IMG/VR virus record: IMGVR_UViG_3300036766_001162
Coordinates: 1 to 57,201 of that record
Source: a virus
Lineage: Duplodnaviria > Caudoviricetes
Length of the DNA stretch: 57,201 nucleotides
Reading direction: 5' to 3' (one strand)
The notes below the pieces were generated by a model. The model had not been told where the DNA came from, did no database searches, and saw only the letters and a program-made list of their open reading frames with translations. Made by a program: the position numbers and the translations under genes. Below are positions 28,912 to 38,875 of the stretch, one piece after another (the first letter of the stretch is position 1; each line of letters opens with the position of its first letter).

Positions 28912-29169
28912 ATGAAACTGGTCCTGATCGAATGGGTAGACTCGCACGCGGGGCGCGGGTGGCAGGACCTTGACAAGATCGAGGCGGCATCCGAACCACT
29001 CCGGTGTCGCTCGGTAGGCTGGCTCGTATCAGAAGCCGGGAACTGCAAGGTCATTGTGCCGCACCTGGCCGGCGAAAAGAACGGCGGGATCGTCCTACAG
29101 GGTTGCGGCGATCTGACGATCCCGCGTCGAGCCATCACCAAGCTGCGCGTATTGAGGACGGATGGGTGA
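28912..29169 (+). CDS. Conserved small phage protein
   Basis: VLIEWVDS..RSVGWL..TIPRRAI pattern; GAGGA RBS. Confidence 0.7.
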   Translation: MKLVLIEWVDSHAGRGWQDLDKIEAASEPLRCRSVGWLVSEAGNCKVIVPHLAGEKNGGIVLQGCGDLTIPRRAITKLRVLRTDG

Positions 29170-29240
29170 GCGGCCGAAACCACCGGGCTTGAACCCCGGC
29201 AGTCCGCAAGGGCTCGTAGGTTCAAATCCTACTCCGTCCG
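29156..29240 (+). tRNA. tRNA-Ser(UGA)
   Basis: Acceptor stem GGACGGA/TCCGTCC with G73; anticodon arm CCGGG-CTTGAAC-CCCGG; long variable arm; T arm GTAGG-TTCAAAT-CCTAC; CCA not encoded (CTA). Confidence 0.9.
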
Positions 29241-29357
29241 CTATCGAGGCCAGGACACTTCGTCGCTGTCTCAAAGAGAGGGCTCTCGGGGGTGACGACC
29301 CCCTCATGGCTGCGGGGCTAGCCTCCTCAGGCCCCAACGACCACTCTGGAGTCCCGG

Positions 29358-29735
29358 CTACTCCTCCAGCCAGCCGCGAAGAGTAGCTCGCAGCACGCCG
29401 GCTCTGAGGCCGACGTCGATCGCTCCATCCACACCCTGGTCGAGCACCCGGTCGATCGCCGCGCGGATCGCCGGGTCCTGCGCACGCTCGGCCAGCGCCG
29501 CGACCGCCACCGCCGCGCGACTCACGCCGGCGAGCCACGTCAGCCCCGTCCGAATCGCCGCCTCGGCCTCCGTCGCCGCCTGGTCGTCGAGCGGGGTGTC
29601 CGTGTGTGACGCGAAGGCGCGAAAGGCGCGAATGGGGTTGCCGCTGGTCGCGAACTCCGCTCGCGCGGCATCGACGCCCGCGTGCCCCTGCTGGACGGCG
29701 TCATACAGGACGCCGGCCGTGCGGAAGAGGCTCAT
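29358..29735 (-). CDS. Hypothetical protein, last gene of the late operon
   Basis: ATGA coupling to the upstream gene. Confidence 0.55.
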   Translation of the reverse strand: MSLFRTAGVLYDAVQQGHAGVDAARAEFATSGNPIRAFRAFASHTDTPLDDQAATEAEAAIRTGLTWLAGVSRAAVAVAALAERAQDPAIRAAIDRVLDQGVDGAIDVGLRAGVLRATLRGWLEE

Positions 29736-30034
29736 GTGATGACGGGCGGGGGTGCTGGCGACGTGGGCCGCGCGAAGAGCCCGCGCTTGAGCGCCGGTAT
29801 CCCCGGGCTGAGCACGGTCAAGCTCAACCCGATCTGGCCGAGCAGCCGGAAGAGGTAGGTGGGACACCAGCCCGACCAGGCCGCCACCTCGCTCGAGGTA
29901 CAGCTCTGCATCAACAGGTCCCCGGCCTGGCGGTGCGCGAGGAGCAGCTCGACGGACCCCACGAGCGACGTGAACGCCCCGAACATGATGCTGACCGAGC
30001 CCCCAACCCGGGCCGCCTCGCCCACCGTCGCCAT
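29732..30034 (-). CDS. Small membrane protein (lysis module)
   Basis: Two hydrophobic segments. Confidence 0.55.
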   Translation of the reverse strand: MATVGEAARVGGSVSIMFGAFTSLVGSVELLLAHRQAGDLLMQSCTSSEVAAWSGWCPTYLFRLLGQIGLSLTVLSPGIPALKRGLFARPTSPAPPPVIT

Positions 30035-30043
30035 GGGACCGCG

Positions 30044-30205
30044 TTAGGCCTTCGGGATGGCGCTGCGCAGCGCGGCCAGTCCACCCGCCCCGAGGAACCC
30101 GGCCGCGATGTTGTACTGCTCATCGGTCACGTAGCCGAGCGCATGGGCCCCAGTGAGCACGGCCAGCAGGACCGCCACGATGTACGTCTTGTAGTTCTTC
30201 AACAT
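30044..30205 (-). CDS. 53-aa two-TM holin-like protein (not in the ORF track)
   Basis: MLKNYKTYIVAVLLAVLTGAHALGYVTDEQYNIAAGFLGAGGLAALRSAIPKA; GAGGAGG RBS. Confidence 0.7.
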   Translation of the reverse strand: MLKNYKTYIVAVLLAVLTGAHALGYVTDEQYNIAAGFLGAGGLAALRSAIPKA

Positions 30206-30297
30206 GCGTCCTCCTCACTCGTGGCGGGCCCGGAAGCCCTACCGCCGCCCATAACCACCGCAGACCCCGTGGCCCCCGAGCACCGCCGCGACTGCGC

Positions 30298-30612
30298 TCA
30301 GGCCGCCTGATCGAGCGGCGTCCCGAGCTTCGCCTTGGCCGCGTTCACCGCGAGTTCGATCGCGAGGTTGACCGCGGAGGCGGCCGCGACCTTCCCCTCG
30401 GCCTGTAGGTCCGCGAGGATCAGCGCCTCGACGGCGGACCGCTTCTCGGCACCACTCTTGGTGTCGTCCCCTGCCACCTTCTCGACGTACAGCTCGGCCA
30501 GTTGGAGCAGCTTGTCGAGCGTGCCCCGGTCCTGGAATCCCTGAAACACCTGCGCCATCAGGCGCCCGGCGGCGCCCATCAGGTGCGCCAACATCTCTTG
30601 CAGCCAGTTCAT
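30298..30612 (-). CDS. LL-H-type holin-like protein
   Basis: LAELYVEKV..SGAEKRSAV..VNLAIELAV. Confidence 0.6.
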   Translation of the reverse strand: MNWLQEMLAHLMGAAGRLMAQVFQGFQDRGTLDKLLQLAELYVEKVAGDDTKSGAEKRSAVEALILADLQAEGKVAAASAVNLAIELAVNAAKAKLGTPLDQAA

Positions 30613-30836
30613 ACGATCCCCGCTTTCTTGCGGCCCTCGTCGAGGGCACGCGCTACGGCGGCCTCGGTCTCGGCGGCCGCCTGGTCTCGAACCTCCTGGT
30701 CACTGTGTGGCGCCCGCCAGCCGCCCCGCACCATCGCCCACGCCTTGGCCCACAAGCCGAGGGCCTGCTTGGGGCTGAGCGCCGGGGTCGACTCTTCGAG
30801 GATGCGGCGCACTTCCCCGTCGCTACCGGTGCTCAT
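30609..30836 (-). CDS. Hypothetical protein (lysis module)
   Basis: Coupled on both sides. Confidence 0.55.
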   Translation of the reverse strand: MSTGSDGEVRRILEESTPALSPKQALGLWAKAWAMVRGGWRAPHSDQEVRDQAAAETEAAVARALDEGRKKAGIV

Positions 30837-31339
30837 GCGCCTGCGACCTCATGGAGCAGGGCCACCCACCCGAGCACATGCGCCGGATAGTTTAAATTGC
30901 CACCGCCATTATAGCGGAGCAGGCTCGCCTTCACGGGGTCGACCGCCGCTGCCGCTTGCGCGAGGCAGCGCGCGAGTTGCCGGCACCCCGCCTCAATCCC
31001 GGTCTCGGGATCACACAGATCGGTCGGGTACTCGAGGACCATGCCGCGCTCGAGCGCGACCGGGAACATCATCTGCGTCAGCCCGTAGGAGGCCGACACG
31101 AGGTCCGGGTACTTCGCCCACTTCGACAGTCCCGCCTTCGCCAGGTCCGCCAGGATGCCCGCCTGATACCGCGCCCAGAACTCCCGCTCGACGCGCACAG
31201 CCCCCGACTTGCCCGCACTCTCCTGGGCGATGAGCCCGAGGAGTAGCCAACGGTCGAGGCCGTATCCGCCGACCCGCCGATCGACGGTCGGCGCGTACCG
31301 GAGCACCCGCTGGCAGACGGTGGCTTCCGCCGGCGTCAT
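30833..31339 (-). CDS. Endolysin, lytic transglycosylase (SLT)
   Basis: LIAQESAG, SYGLTQM, LLRYNGG. Confidence 0.9.
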   Translation of the reverse strand: MTPAEATVCQRVLRYAPTVDRRVGGYGLDRWLLLGLIAQESAGKSGAVRVEREFWARYQAGILADLAKAGLSKWAKYPDLVSASYGLTQMMFPVALERGMVLEYPTDLCDPETGIEAGCRQLARCLAQAAAAVDPVKASLLRYNGGGNLNYPAHVLGWVALLHEVAGA

Positions 31340-31764
31340 GGCTTCCCCTCGCCGAGCACCCACGGCCGGGGCGCCTCCTGCTGGGACAGGTCGGCGCCGC
31401 CAGGCACGGCCTCGAGATGCAGCCGCAACGGGCGCCGGGGGCGCACCTCAAGGTCGCGCTGCGCCTGCGTCAGCAGATCCAGGCGCTTGATAATTAGGTC
31501 CAGTTGGATGCTGATGCTGCGGAGCTCCGCGAGAAACTCGGTCTTCCGCACCAGCTCGCTGGCCGGCGCAAAGTCCTTGGTCAGCTCGCGAAGCCGGCCC
31601 ACGTCCTCCGTATTCCGCTGGACCCGTTGCACCAGGGCTTCGTCGGTGCGCGCCAGTTGGACGTAGACGCCCACCACCGCCCCGAGTCCGCCCGCGAGCA
31701 GCCCCGCGATGGCAATCCCGACAGTCGCCCATCCGACGCGCCCCCGGCCTTCGCGTGCGGTCAT
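31336..31764 (-). CDS. Membrane-anchored coiled-coil protein (holin/lysis accessory)
   Basis: N-terminal TM segment followed by a coiled coil; upstream of the endolysin. Confidence 0.6.
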   Translation of the reverse strand: MTAREGRGRVGWATVGIAIAGLLAGGLGAVVGVYVQLARTDEALVQRVQRNTEDVGRLRELTKDFAPASELVRKTEFLAELRSISIQLDLIIKRLDLLTQAQRDLEVRPRRPLRLHLEAVPGGADLSQQEAPRPWVLGEGKP

Positions 31765-31825
31765 CGGTCCCTCGGTGGTGTGGCGGTCATAGTGCTCCCC
31801 CTCCGCCTGCCCCGCGTCGCCACGA

Positions 31826-32788
31826 CTAGAGCGCCGGGTCCGTCCAGCCGAGCACGGCGAGCGTCAGGCCGCCCGTGCCGGTGGTGTTCGTCACCTTGTA
31901 CTGGATCACCTGGCTCGCATCGGTCACGACCGTAGCCTCCTGGGCGGAGAGACAGCCACCCGTACTGAAGGCGCGCCCGAGCCGCCGGCCCGTGCTGACC
32001 GTCGACCCCTTCGCGATCACGCGCACGATGCTGTCGACACTGCTGGTCGATCCGAACTCGGCATACAGCCGCGCGTTCTGCACCCACGGCGGCACATAGG
32101 CCGCGAGGGTGACGTCCGTGAAGGTGGTCGCGGTGCCGCCGTTCAGCGGCGTGAAGTCCTCGTCCATGTCGTAGGTGACCCGGCCGCCCACCTGCGTGAC
32201 GCAGCGGAGTGCGGTCGCCGTGCCCGTACTGCGCAGGGAGCCGATCCGCCGGAATCGGGAGTATCCGGTGGGGAGTGTCGGGGCGGTGGCACTCGTGGAC
32301 GCCAGCACGCCGACCAGCGAGCCGTCCTCGTTGCAGATGGCGTGCAGCGCGTACCAGGTGTTGGTGGCCCAGGAGCCGGCATCGAGCGCGTTGACGTTCC
32401 CCGCCGCCGTCGCGGTGTTGAGGACCGGGGCCGTGCCCGGCTTCGCCAGGTACGGGCCCTGCACCGACAGCGCGTCCCACGTGACCGTGCAGGTCGTCAT
32501 CGTGCCCGTCGTGGAGCTGTGCGTGATGCTGACGTTCGTGCCCTCGCCCGAGTCGAGCAACCCGCCGAGCGGCCCCAGCGTGATCCACGCCGTGTTCGCG
32601 GCGTTCCGCAGCTTCAGCACCACCGCCGTCGTGTCGGCCCACAACTGGTAGGCATAGGGCTGCCCGCCGGTGCTCGGCGCCGACGGGCCGGAGGAGAGCC
32701 GCGCGAGCGAGTCGAGGGCGTTGTTGACCGCCGCGCGCACGTTGGCCCCGCTCTGCCCCCCGGCCACCACCATCGAGTTCTGCGACAT
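31826..32788 (-). CDS. Tail fibre/receptor-binding protein
   Basis: VRAAVNNAL..YQLWADT..LKLRNAANTAW; PTLPTGY..FRRIG. Confidence 0.75.
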   Translation of the reverse strand: MSQNSMVVAGGQSGANVRAAVNNALDSLARLSSGPSAPSTGGQPYAYQLWADTTAVVLKLRNAANTAWITLGPLGGLLDSGEGTNVSITHSSTTGTMTTCTVTWDALSVQGPYLAKPGTAPVLNTATAAGNVNALDAGSWATNTWYALHAICNEDGSLVGVLASTSATAPTLPTGYSRFRRIGSLRSTGTATALRCVTQVGGRVTYDMDEDFTPLNGGTATTFTDVTLAAYVPPWVQNARLYAEFGSTSSVDSIVRVIAKGSTVSTGRRLGRAFSTGGCLSAQEATVVTDASQVIQYKVTNTTGTGGLTLAVLGWTDPAL

Positions 32789-32804
32789 GGGTCTCGGTCT
32801 CCCT

Positions 32805-35800
32805 TCAGTAGCCCTGGGCGATCCAGTCGACGACGCGCGGCACGGCCACGCCGCTATTCTGGACCGAGAGGGTGGCGCCGAAGCGCGTGACGTTGCTGAC
32901 CAGGACGCGGTCGCCCGCCTGGGCGTCCCGAGCCGTGGCCTGCAGGTTCGGAATCGCGTTGAACACGCGCGCAAACTGGATGGCGGTCGGAATCGGTGCC
33001 GGGGGCAGCGCCACGACGATGCCGGACCAGGGGCGCGGGTAGGCGTAGGGACTCGCCAGGGTCGCCATCGCGGTCACGGCGGCCGTGGTTGGGGCGACCG
33101 ACACGGCGGGGATCACCGTCGCTTGGAACAGCGGCGCCGCAGGGTTGAACGCCCCCGGGGCGGGCTCGAGCTGCCCGGCCGTTGGCGTAACTGTCTCGCC
33201 CTTGATGAGCCCGAGCCCCCACACCGCCACCACCAGGTCGCCGGCCTGCGCCAGGGGGGCGGTCGGGCCGATGCTCGCGGTGCCTCCGGCATCGATCGTG
33301 CCGCTCACGCCCTTGGCCTGATCGAGCGGCAGCGTCACCCCGGTCAGGACGAAGGCGCTGGCCGCGATCGGGCGCGCCACGCCATCGGCGCAGGTGACCG
33401 TGAGGCGGTCCCCGCCGACCAACGCGGTGCTGACGGTGGCGAGCGCCACGTAGACCCCGGCCACGGCGGGATTCTGGGTCGGCTGATAGACGGCGTAGGT
33501 GTTTCCGCGGGAGTCGGTGACGCCCATGTACTGCGCGGTCGGCGTGGCGAAGGCCACGGCCATCACCGTTCCCACGTCGGCGCCGCCGACCGAGACCTGT
33601 ATGTCGACGGACGCCGCGTCCGGCTTCTTGACGGGCGTGAACGCGCGCGCCACGCCGACGCCGACGGGGGTGGCGGTGCCGGTCTCGACCCGATCAGGCA
33701 CGTCGACCGTCACCGAGGCTCCGGTCAGCAGGATCGGGGCCGTGGCCGCGCGCGAGGTCAGGACGATCCGGAACTTGACGCCGGCCGTGTTGTACACGCC
33801 GGCCTTGAGCGGCGACCAGGGCCCGAAGACGAAGAAGCCCGCATCATCGACCTCCGGCATCGGCGACCCGAGCTGGGCCACCTCGAGCGCCCAGTCCGTC
33901 CACGGGGCCGTACTCCCATCCACGACGGCTTCGGCATCCAGGTCCGGGATGTCGTCGAAGCTCGGATACTGCGGCACCGTCTCGACCGTGGTGGACGCCG
34001 TGATCCGGACCGGAGCGATGGACGATAGCAGCACCGACTCCGTCGCATCGAGATAGAAGACGCCGCGCGTCAGCACGCCGCCCAGCGTGTCGATGGTCGG
34101 CGCCGCGTCAAAGTCGGCGAGGCTGTCGAGGGAGGTCGCCGCCGCGAGCCCGATGGCTCCCTCGACCTGATCGACCCAGACCGACAGGGCCCCCGCGGCC
34201 GCGGCCGCGGTGAAGAGGGCACCGTCACTGGCCGGCAACAGGGGGAGCACGGCCCACTCATCGATCGAGCCATCGAACCAGGCGGCGCCGACCGCGGCCG
34301 TGCCGATGGCCCAAATCCCCTGCGGCGTCCCGAAGCCCTGCGCCGCCGTCACGTGCGCTGGGCCGATCACGGTCACGCCGTCGACCAGCACCTCCACCGT
34401 GCCGTCCTTGGCCAGCGCCGTGACCCCTGCGACATCCGGCACCCAGCGCAGCAGGAGCACATGGACGGCCCCGTCGGTCAGGGCCGTGGGCGCCAGCGCG
34501 GTGAAACTGCCGCTCCCACTCGCAAGCTTCAACTTGTTCGTGGCACCATCGAACAGGAGTTGTGGGCCGATCCCCGCGATCCCGGAGGCGTCCAGGAGCA
34601 TCTGGTTGGTGCCCGTCGTCTCGCGCTGGAAGGCGAACACGACCGAGAAGCCCTGGTCGTAGAACCGCAGCACGGAGATGCCGAAGTCGATCGCGCCGAG
34701 CCAGCCGGCGGTGGCCGGATGATTGCGGAGTGCGGCATCGCCGTCGCCGGCCACCAACGAGGCGCCGAGGGCGACCCCCGAGGAGCCCATGATGTAGCCG
34801 TGTCCGGAGAGGTCCGCGCGCTGCACCGCGGTCGTGTTCATGCGAAAGTAGGCGAACGGGGCCCGCGAGAGCACCGCATCGACGAAGCCGCCGCTGGCGC
34901 CGGGCCAGCCGTCCGCCGCGAAGTCCCGCGTGACCACGACGTTCTCGACCAAGGTGGCATCACTCACCGCGACCCCGAGAGGCACCGGCGAGTACCCCAC
35001 CAAGGTGGTCAGCCCCGCCTGGACCGTCAGGCGCGCCGCGATCCAGTAGGTACCCGCCGTCAGCACGCGGAAGGCCCGATCGATGGTGCGCGCCTCGGTC
35101 TGCGCCGTGTCCCAGGTTGCGCCGCGGCGGACCTCGTACTCGACCGCTCCCCGAGGGTCCGTGACGGCATCCCACTCGAGACTCGCGCGCCCATCGTCGA
35201 ACGCTTCGCGCGCGTTCACCACGTTCGGCACAGCGCCGAGCAGTGGCGCCCCGGTGATCGTCCAGGGGATCGCGTCGATTGTGGAGAGGTCCGGGCTGCC
35301 CGCGCCGAACGTGTTGAAGGGCAGCAGCTTGAGGAAGACCGTGCTGCCGATCAGCCGAGATTCCAGGGGGATCGCGACCGCGGCGTCGTTCAGCAACGCC
35401 ACCGCGTCGTTGACCGTGTGGGCCGTGATCGGGGTCTGGTGCGCGCCGCGCACTTTCGTGCCGGGGAGCGTGTAGAAACTCATCCCGGAGGCCAGCGCAA
35501 GGAAGGTCGCCGTCGTCGGCGCCACGAGCTCGTAAGCGTCCCCGCGCCCGATGTAGAGGATCCCCTGCAGCGCGGACGCCTGGTCCGACGTCTGACTCGG
35601 GAGCACGGCGGCGTTCCAGAGCGCCAGCGACGGCGCGGTCACCGTGTCGGGATTCGGCTGCGCCGCGAGCGACGAGACGAGGAACCCGTGCGTCCCCGCC
35701 CGGTCGACGACCGCCACATGGCGGTAGGCGGCCCCGTCCTCGGAGAGCCAGACGGTGCAGCCGCCCCAGTTCGTGCCCCCGCTGACGACCAGCAACAACG

Positions 35801-37478
35801 CCAGCGCGCCGCCGGTCAGCGTCATCGGCGCCTCGAAGAGCACCGGCGGATGCATCGAGCCGGGCGGCGCGTTGTAGTCCACGCTGGTGCCCGTGCCCAC
35901 CTGACTCGCGTATGGGGCGATGCTGTGGACGCCGACCGGGAGATCCTCCGCCTCGATCGCGAGCGTCCCCTGCTCGTTCTCGACGATCGCCGTGATCCGC
36001 ACCGGCGTCTGCGTGAGGCCGCAGGTGGCGTCCGTCAGGGTCACCACGTCCATCGGCTCGAGCAGCACGAACTCCCAGCCGAGATGAAACTTGTACTGGT
36101 TCCGGACCGCGATCGCGCGTTGCAGGTAGCGTTGCGCCGTATCGCGCGCGACCTGCTGGTCGCAGATGGCGTGCGCCTGCTCCGCGGGCGCCACGCGGAC
36201 CGGGCCGGTCGCGATGCCGGCGGAGTCCTTCGCTTCGGCGATGCTCGGCGCGTACCCGTTTTGCCGATCGAGCCACTCCACTTGCAGCGTGTTGTAGGTG
36301 TCGGCGAGTGGCGTGCGCGTGATGATGACCGGGTCGACGTCGGCCGAGTCCCGCAGGAAGTCGTCGTCGGCCAGATCGTAGCGCGCGTTGATCTGGGCCC
36401 CGACCACACTGTAGGTCGGATCGCTCACCGCCAGATCGGGCGTGTAGGACACCCCGGTCCGGGTTGATACCAGCTCCGTGTCGCCGTAGGGGATGACCTT
36501 GAGCAGCCCTTCCGACCACACGACGGCGCTGTTGGATTGCCGCGTCAGCTCCTCGAGCGCCTGCGAGGCCGGCCGTTGCGAGTCGTAGAGCGGCGACAGG
36601 AAGATCTCGGCCGCCCGACAGTAGGTGCTGAAGCTGTTCGCGCCCGTGAACCAGTCCGCGAGGCTCGCGACCGGGAAGCCCGCGCCATGGGCCGCATTCG
36701 TCAACAGATCGACGGCGATCTGGGCGGGGTCCGCGTCGAAGATCGATTCGTGCGTGGGAGCCAAGCCGTAGGTCTGGAAGTACGGCAGCAGCCCGATCAC
36801 CGGGAAGTTGAAGTTTGGGAGCGAGGCGTTCGAGTCGAGCGGGACATTCTTCCCGGCGACGTAGGCGATCCCGGGATAGGCCAGGTGCTCGTCGCCGTTT
36901 CCGGGGCCGAAGTGGTAGTACAGATGCGACCAGTAGATCGTGCTCCCGTCGCCGGCGTTGAGATCGGCCGCGACAGGCGAGCCCGGACTCGCCGACACCA
37001 GGATGCCCTGCGCCAGCGGCCACAGCTCGAGCAACTGGTACGAGGTCGGCCATGCCCCGGGATTGCTGCCGACCCCACGCCCGGAGAACGGCCAGAACCC
37101 GGCGTGCGGCGTGCCCAGCCCCGGGAGCGGGAACATGGCCTTCTTGATCTTCCAGATGCCCGGCTCGTAGGCGACGGACCCGTTGGCCCGTGACGCCGAG
37201 GCGAACCCGAGGGAGTAGGCCGGGCCCTCACAGAGCCCGAGGATGACAGACGCCGTGTACGTGAAGCTGACCTCGGTGACGCGCCCCCCCTTGGCGCTGC
37301 CGCTGTGCGCGTGGGACTCATGCGCCTTGAAGCCGTCGACCCAGAGGAGATTCGCCGCGAGCCGCTGCGTGCCGTAGAGGAGCGGGATCACGATCCCGTA
37401 CGCACTCGACTGCACGCGAAGCTGCCGGATCGCCTGGGGCTGATCCCCGCCGCCACTCTTGGGGGCCTTCATCCCCAT
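32805..37478 (-). CDS. Baseplate hub/host-specificity tail protein with an internal LamG-like domain
   Basis: SAYGIVIPLLYGTQRL, LGLCEGP, LLEPMDVV; LamG-like segment (AYFRMN...FDGSIDEWAV). Confidence 0.85.
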   Translation of the reverse strand: MGMKAPKSGGGDQPQAIRQLRVQSSAYGIVIPLLYGTQRLAANLLWVDGFKAHESHAHSGSAKGGRVTEVSFTYTASVILGLCEGPAYSLGFASASRANGSVAYEPGIWKIKKAMFPLPGLGTPHAGFWPFSGRGVGSNPGAWPTSYQLLELWPLAQGILVSASPGSPVAADLNAGDGSTIYWSHLYYHFGPGNGDEHLAYPGIAYVAGKNVPLDSNASLPNFNFPVIGLLPYFQTYGLAPTHESIFDADPAQIAVDLLTNAAHGAGFPVASLADWFTGANSFSTYCRAAEIFLSPLYDSQRPASQALEELTRQSNSAVVWSEGLLKVIPYGDTELVSTRTGVSYTPDLAVSDPTYSVVGAQINARYDLADDDFLRDSADVDPVIITRTPLADTYNTLQVEWLDRQNGYAPSIAEAKDSAGIATGPVRVAPAEQAHAICDQQVARDTAQRYLQRAIAVRNQYKFHLGWEFVLLEPMDVVTLTDATCGLTQTPVRITAIVENEQGTLAIEAEDLPVGVHSIAPYASQVGTGTSVDYNAPPGSMHPPVLFEAPMTLTGGALALLLVVSGGTNWGGCTVWLSEDGAAYRHVAVVDRAGTHGFLVSSLAAQPNPDTVTAPSLALWNAAVLPSQTSDQASALQGILYIGRGDAYELVAPTTATFLALASGMSFYTLPGTKVRGAHQTPITAHTVNDAVALLNDAAVAIPLESRLIGSTVFLKLLPFNTFGAGSPDLSTIDAIPWTITGAPLLGAVPNVVNAREAFDDGRASLEWDAVTDPRGAVEYEVRRGATWDTAQTEARTIDRAFRVLTAGTYWIAARLTVQAGLTTLVGYSPVPLGVAVSDATLVENVVVTRDFAADGWPGASGGFVDAVLSRAPFAYFRMNTTAVQRADLSGHGYIMGSSGVALGASLVAGDGDAALRNHPATAGWLGAIDFGISVLRFYDQGFSVVFAFQRETTGTNQMLLDASGIAGIGPQLLFDGATNKLKLASGSGSFTALAPTALTDGAVHVLLLRWVPDVAGVTALAKDGTVEVLVDGVTVIGPAHVTAAQGFGTPQGIWAIGTAAVGAAWFDGSIDEWAVLPLLPASDGALFTAAAAAGALSVWVDQVEGAIGLAAATSLDSLADFDAAPTIDTLGGVLTRGVFYLDATESVLLSSIAPVRITASTTVETVPQYPSFDDIPDLDAEAVVDGSTAPWTDWALEVAQLGSPMPEVDDAGFFVFGPWSPLKAGVYNTAGVKFRIVLTSRAATAPILLTGASVTVDVPDRVETGTATPVGVGVARAFTPVKKPDAASVDIQVSVGGADVGTVMAVAFATPTAQYMGVTDSRGNTYAVYQPTQNPAVAGVYVALATVSTALVGGDRLTVTCADGVARPIAASAFVLTGVTLPLDQAKGVSGTIDAGGTASIGPTAPLAQAGDLVVAVWGLGLIKGETVTPTAGQLEPAPGAFNPAAPLFQATVIPAVSVAPTTAAVTAMATLASPYAYPRPWSGIVVALPPAPIPTAIQFARVFNAIPNLQATARDAQAGDRVLVSNVTRFGATLSVQNSGVAVPRVVDWIAQGY

Positions 37479-37481
37479 AGG

Positions 37482-37904
37482 CTAGCCTCGCACCCGCCAG
37501 GCGCCCGCGTAGCGGTGCGCGAGCTCGCCCGAGGTGGCACTCCCCACCGTCACGCCGCTATCGGGGTCCGCATGCAGGATCGCGGGCCAGACCGTGACGA
37601 TGCCCAGATGGGCGCGCGCCGCCCGGCCCACTTGGAAGCAGGCCAAGTCTCCGGGCTGGGGGGTCATCGGCACCGGGTCGCAGTAGCGGGCGAGCCACGC
37701 CTCGAAGCGCCCCTCGTTCCGGTGGAGGAACCACGTGGGCGCATAGGCCGCCGGGTCGCCATCCGGGACCAGGCCGATCGCCTGGAGCACGCGGAGCACG
37801 AACATGCCGCAATCGGCGCCCTGCCCTCGGACGCCAGCGCCATGGCGGAAGGGCGTCCCCAGCCAGGTCTCCGCCTCGGCGACGATGCGCTCGCCCGTCG
37901 TCAC
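37482..37904 (-). CDS. NlpC/P60 tail-associated peptidase
   Basis: AETWLGTPF..GADCG..QPGD..HLGIV..ILHA. Confidence 0.9.
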   Translation of the reverse strand: MTTGERIVAEAETWLGTPFRHGAGVRGQGADCGMFVLRVLQAIGLVPDGDPAAYAPTWFLHRNEGRFEAWLARYCDPVPMTPQPGDLACFQVGRAARAHLGIVTVWPAILHADPDSGVTVGSATSGELAHRYAGAWRVRG

Positions 37905-38875
37905 AGCGCGTTGTCCGGCTGCGGGATGTACGGCTGACCGCGGAAGTTGCCCCGGTTGTCGAACTTCGCGACGCACGTGGCGACTTGCTTGTCGCAGCCG
38001 GCCTGGAGCACGACGGCCTGGGTATTCGGAAGCGCGAACGGCAACGGCTGAATGAGCGAGACCACGGCCCCCACGTGGCGCTTGATCGTGCGGCGGAGCC
38101 CCCGGAAGGCGCCCGCGGAGACCTCGAGATAGCCCAAGTCGAAGTACCCGTCGGGCTGCGTCGGAGCCGATGCCAGTGTGATGCTGAGCACCGTGCTGCT
38201 CGCCGCCACCACGGTCCCGCTGGCCTGGAAGCTCTGGCCGCCCGCGCTCCCCGTCTTCGACAAGTTGCAGATGCCGTCGTAAAGGCTATTCGCGCAGCCC
38301 GGCTGGTAGGTGTTCCGCGGGATCGGCGCGCGGAGTTGCTCCAGTCCCGACGCCATCGTCAGCACGGCCTTCGTTCGCTGCACCTCGATGTCGCGGACTT
38401 GGCCCGCGAAGAGCGTCACCGCGCCCAGGCTCGGATCGATCGGCGTGCCCCAGACGGGCGGCGTGGCGAGATACAGGCGCCGGAGCGTGAAGGCCGCACC
38501 ATCGAAGAGGCCGCGCTGGATCGCTTGGAGGATCGCCACGGAGGTGCCAGGGATGACGTCGGCCGCGCCCGTGGTCGTCTGTGGCGCGATCGTGACGTCG
38601 AGCGTGTCGACTTCGACCCCGACCACGGTCTTGCAGTTACCGCGGCTGAGTTGGCTCGCGCGCGCCGGGTACGCAACACCCTCGAAAACGAGGTCGACTT
38701 CCGACCCAGCGAACGACAACACGGTCGCCGGGGGCGTGCCGCTCGCGCCGAAGGGCAGCGTGAACTGGTAGAGGTCCACCATGCTGAAGCTGGACGCGCG
38801 CCGTCCCGGCCCTGGGAAGAGATAGGTGCTCAGCGCGGCCGTGGTCTCGGTCGCTCCGTTCCACGCGCGCTTCAC
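37901..38875 (-). CDS. DUF2163/BR0599-family tail-tip protein
   Basis: GLFDGA, YQPGCANSLYD..C, AGCDK..TC..KFDN..NFRG.PYIP; GTGA coupling. Confidence 0.9.
   Translation of the reverse strand: MKRAWNGATETTAALSTYLFPGPGRRASSFSMVDLYQFTLPFGASGTPPATVLSFAGSEVDLVFEGVAYPARASQLSRGNCKTVVGVEVDTLDVTIAPQTTTGAADVIPGTSVAILQAIQRGLFDGAAFTLRRLYLATPPVWGTPIDPSLGAVTLFAGQVRDIEVQRTKAVLTMASGLEQLRAPIPRNTYQPGCANSLYDGICNLSKTGSAGGQSFQASGTVVAASSTVLSITLASAPTQPDGYFDLGYLEVSAGAFRGLRRTIKRHVGAVVSLIQPLPFALPNTQAVVLQAGCDKQVATCVAKFDNRGNFRGQPYIPQPDNAL

Noticed and set aside
29288-29303. Rho-independent terminator
   Set aside because: A hairpin is present but there is no U-tract on either strand.
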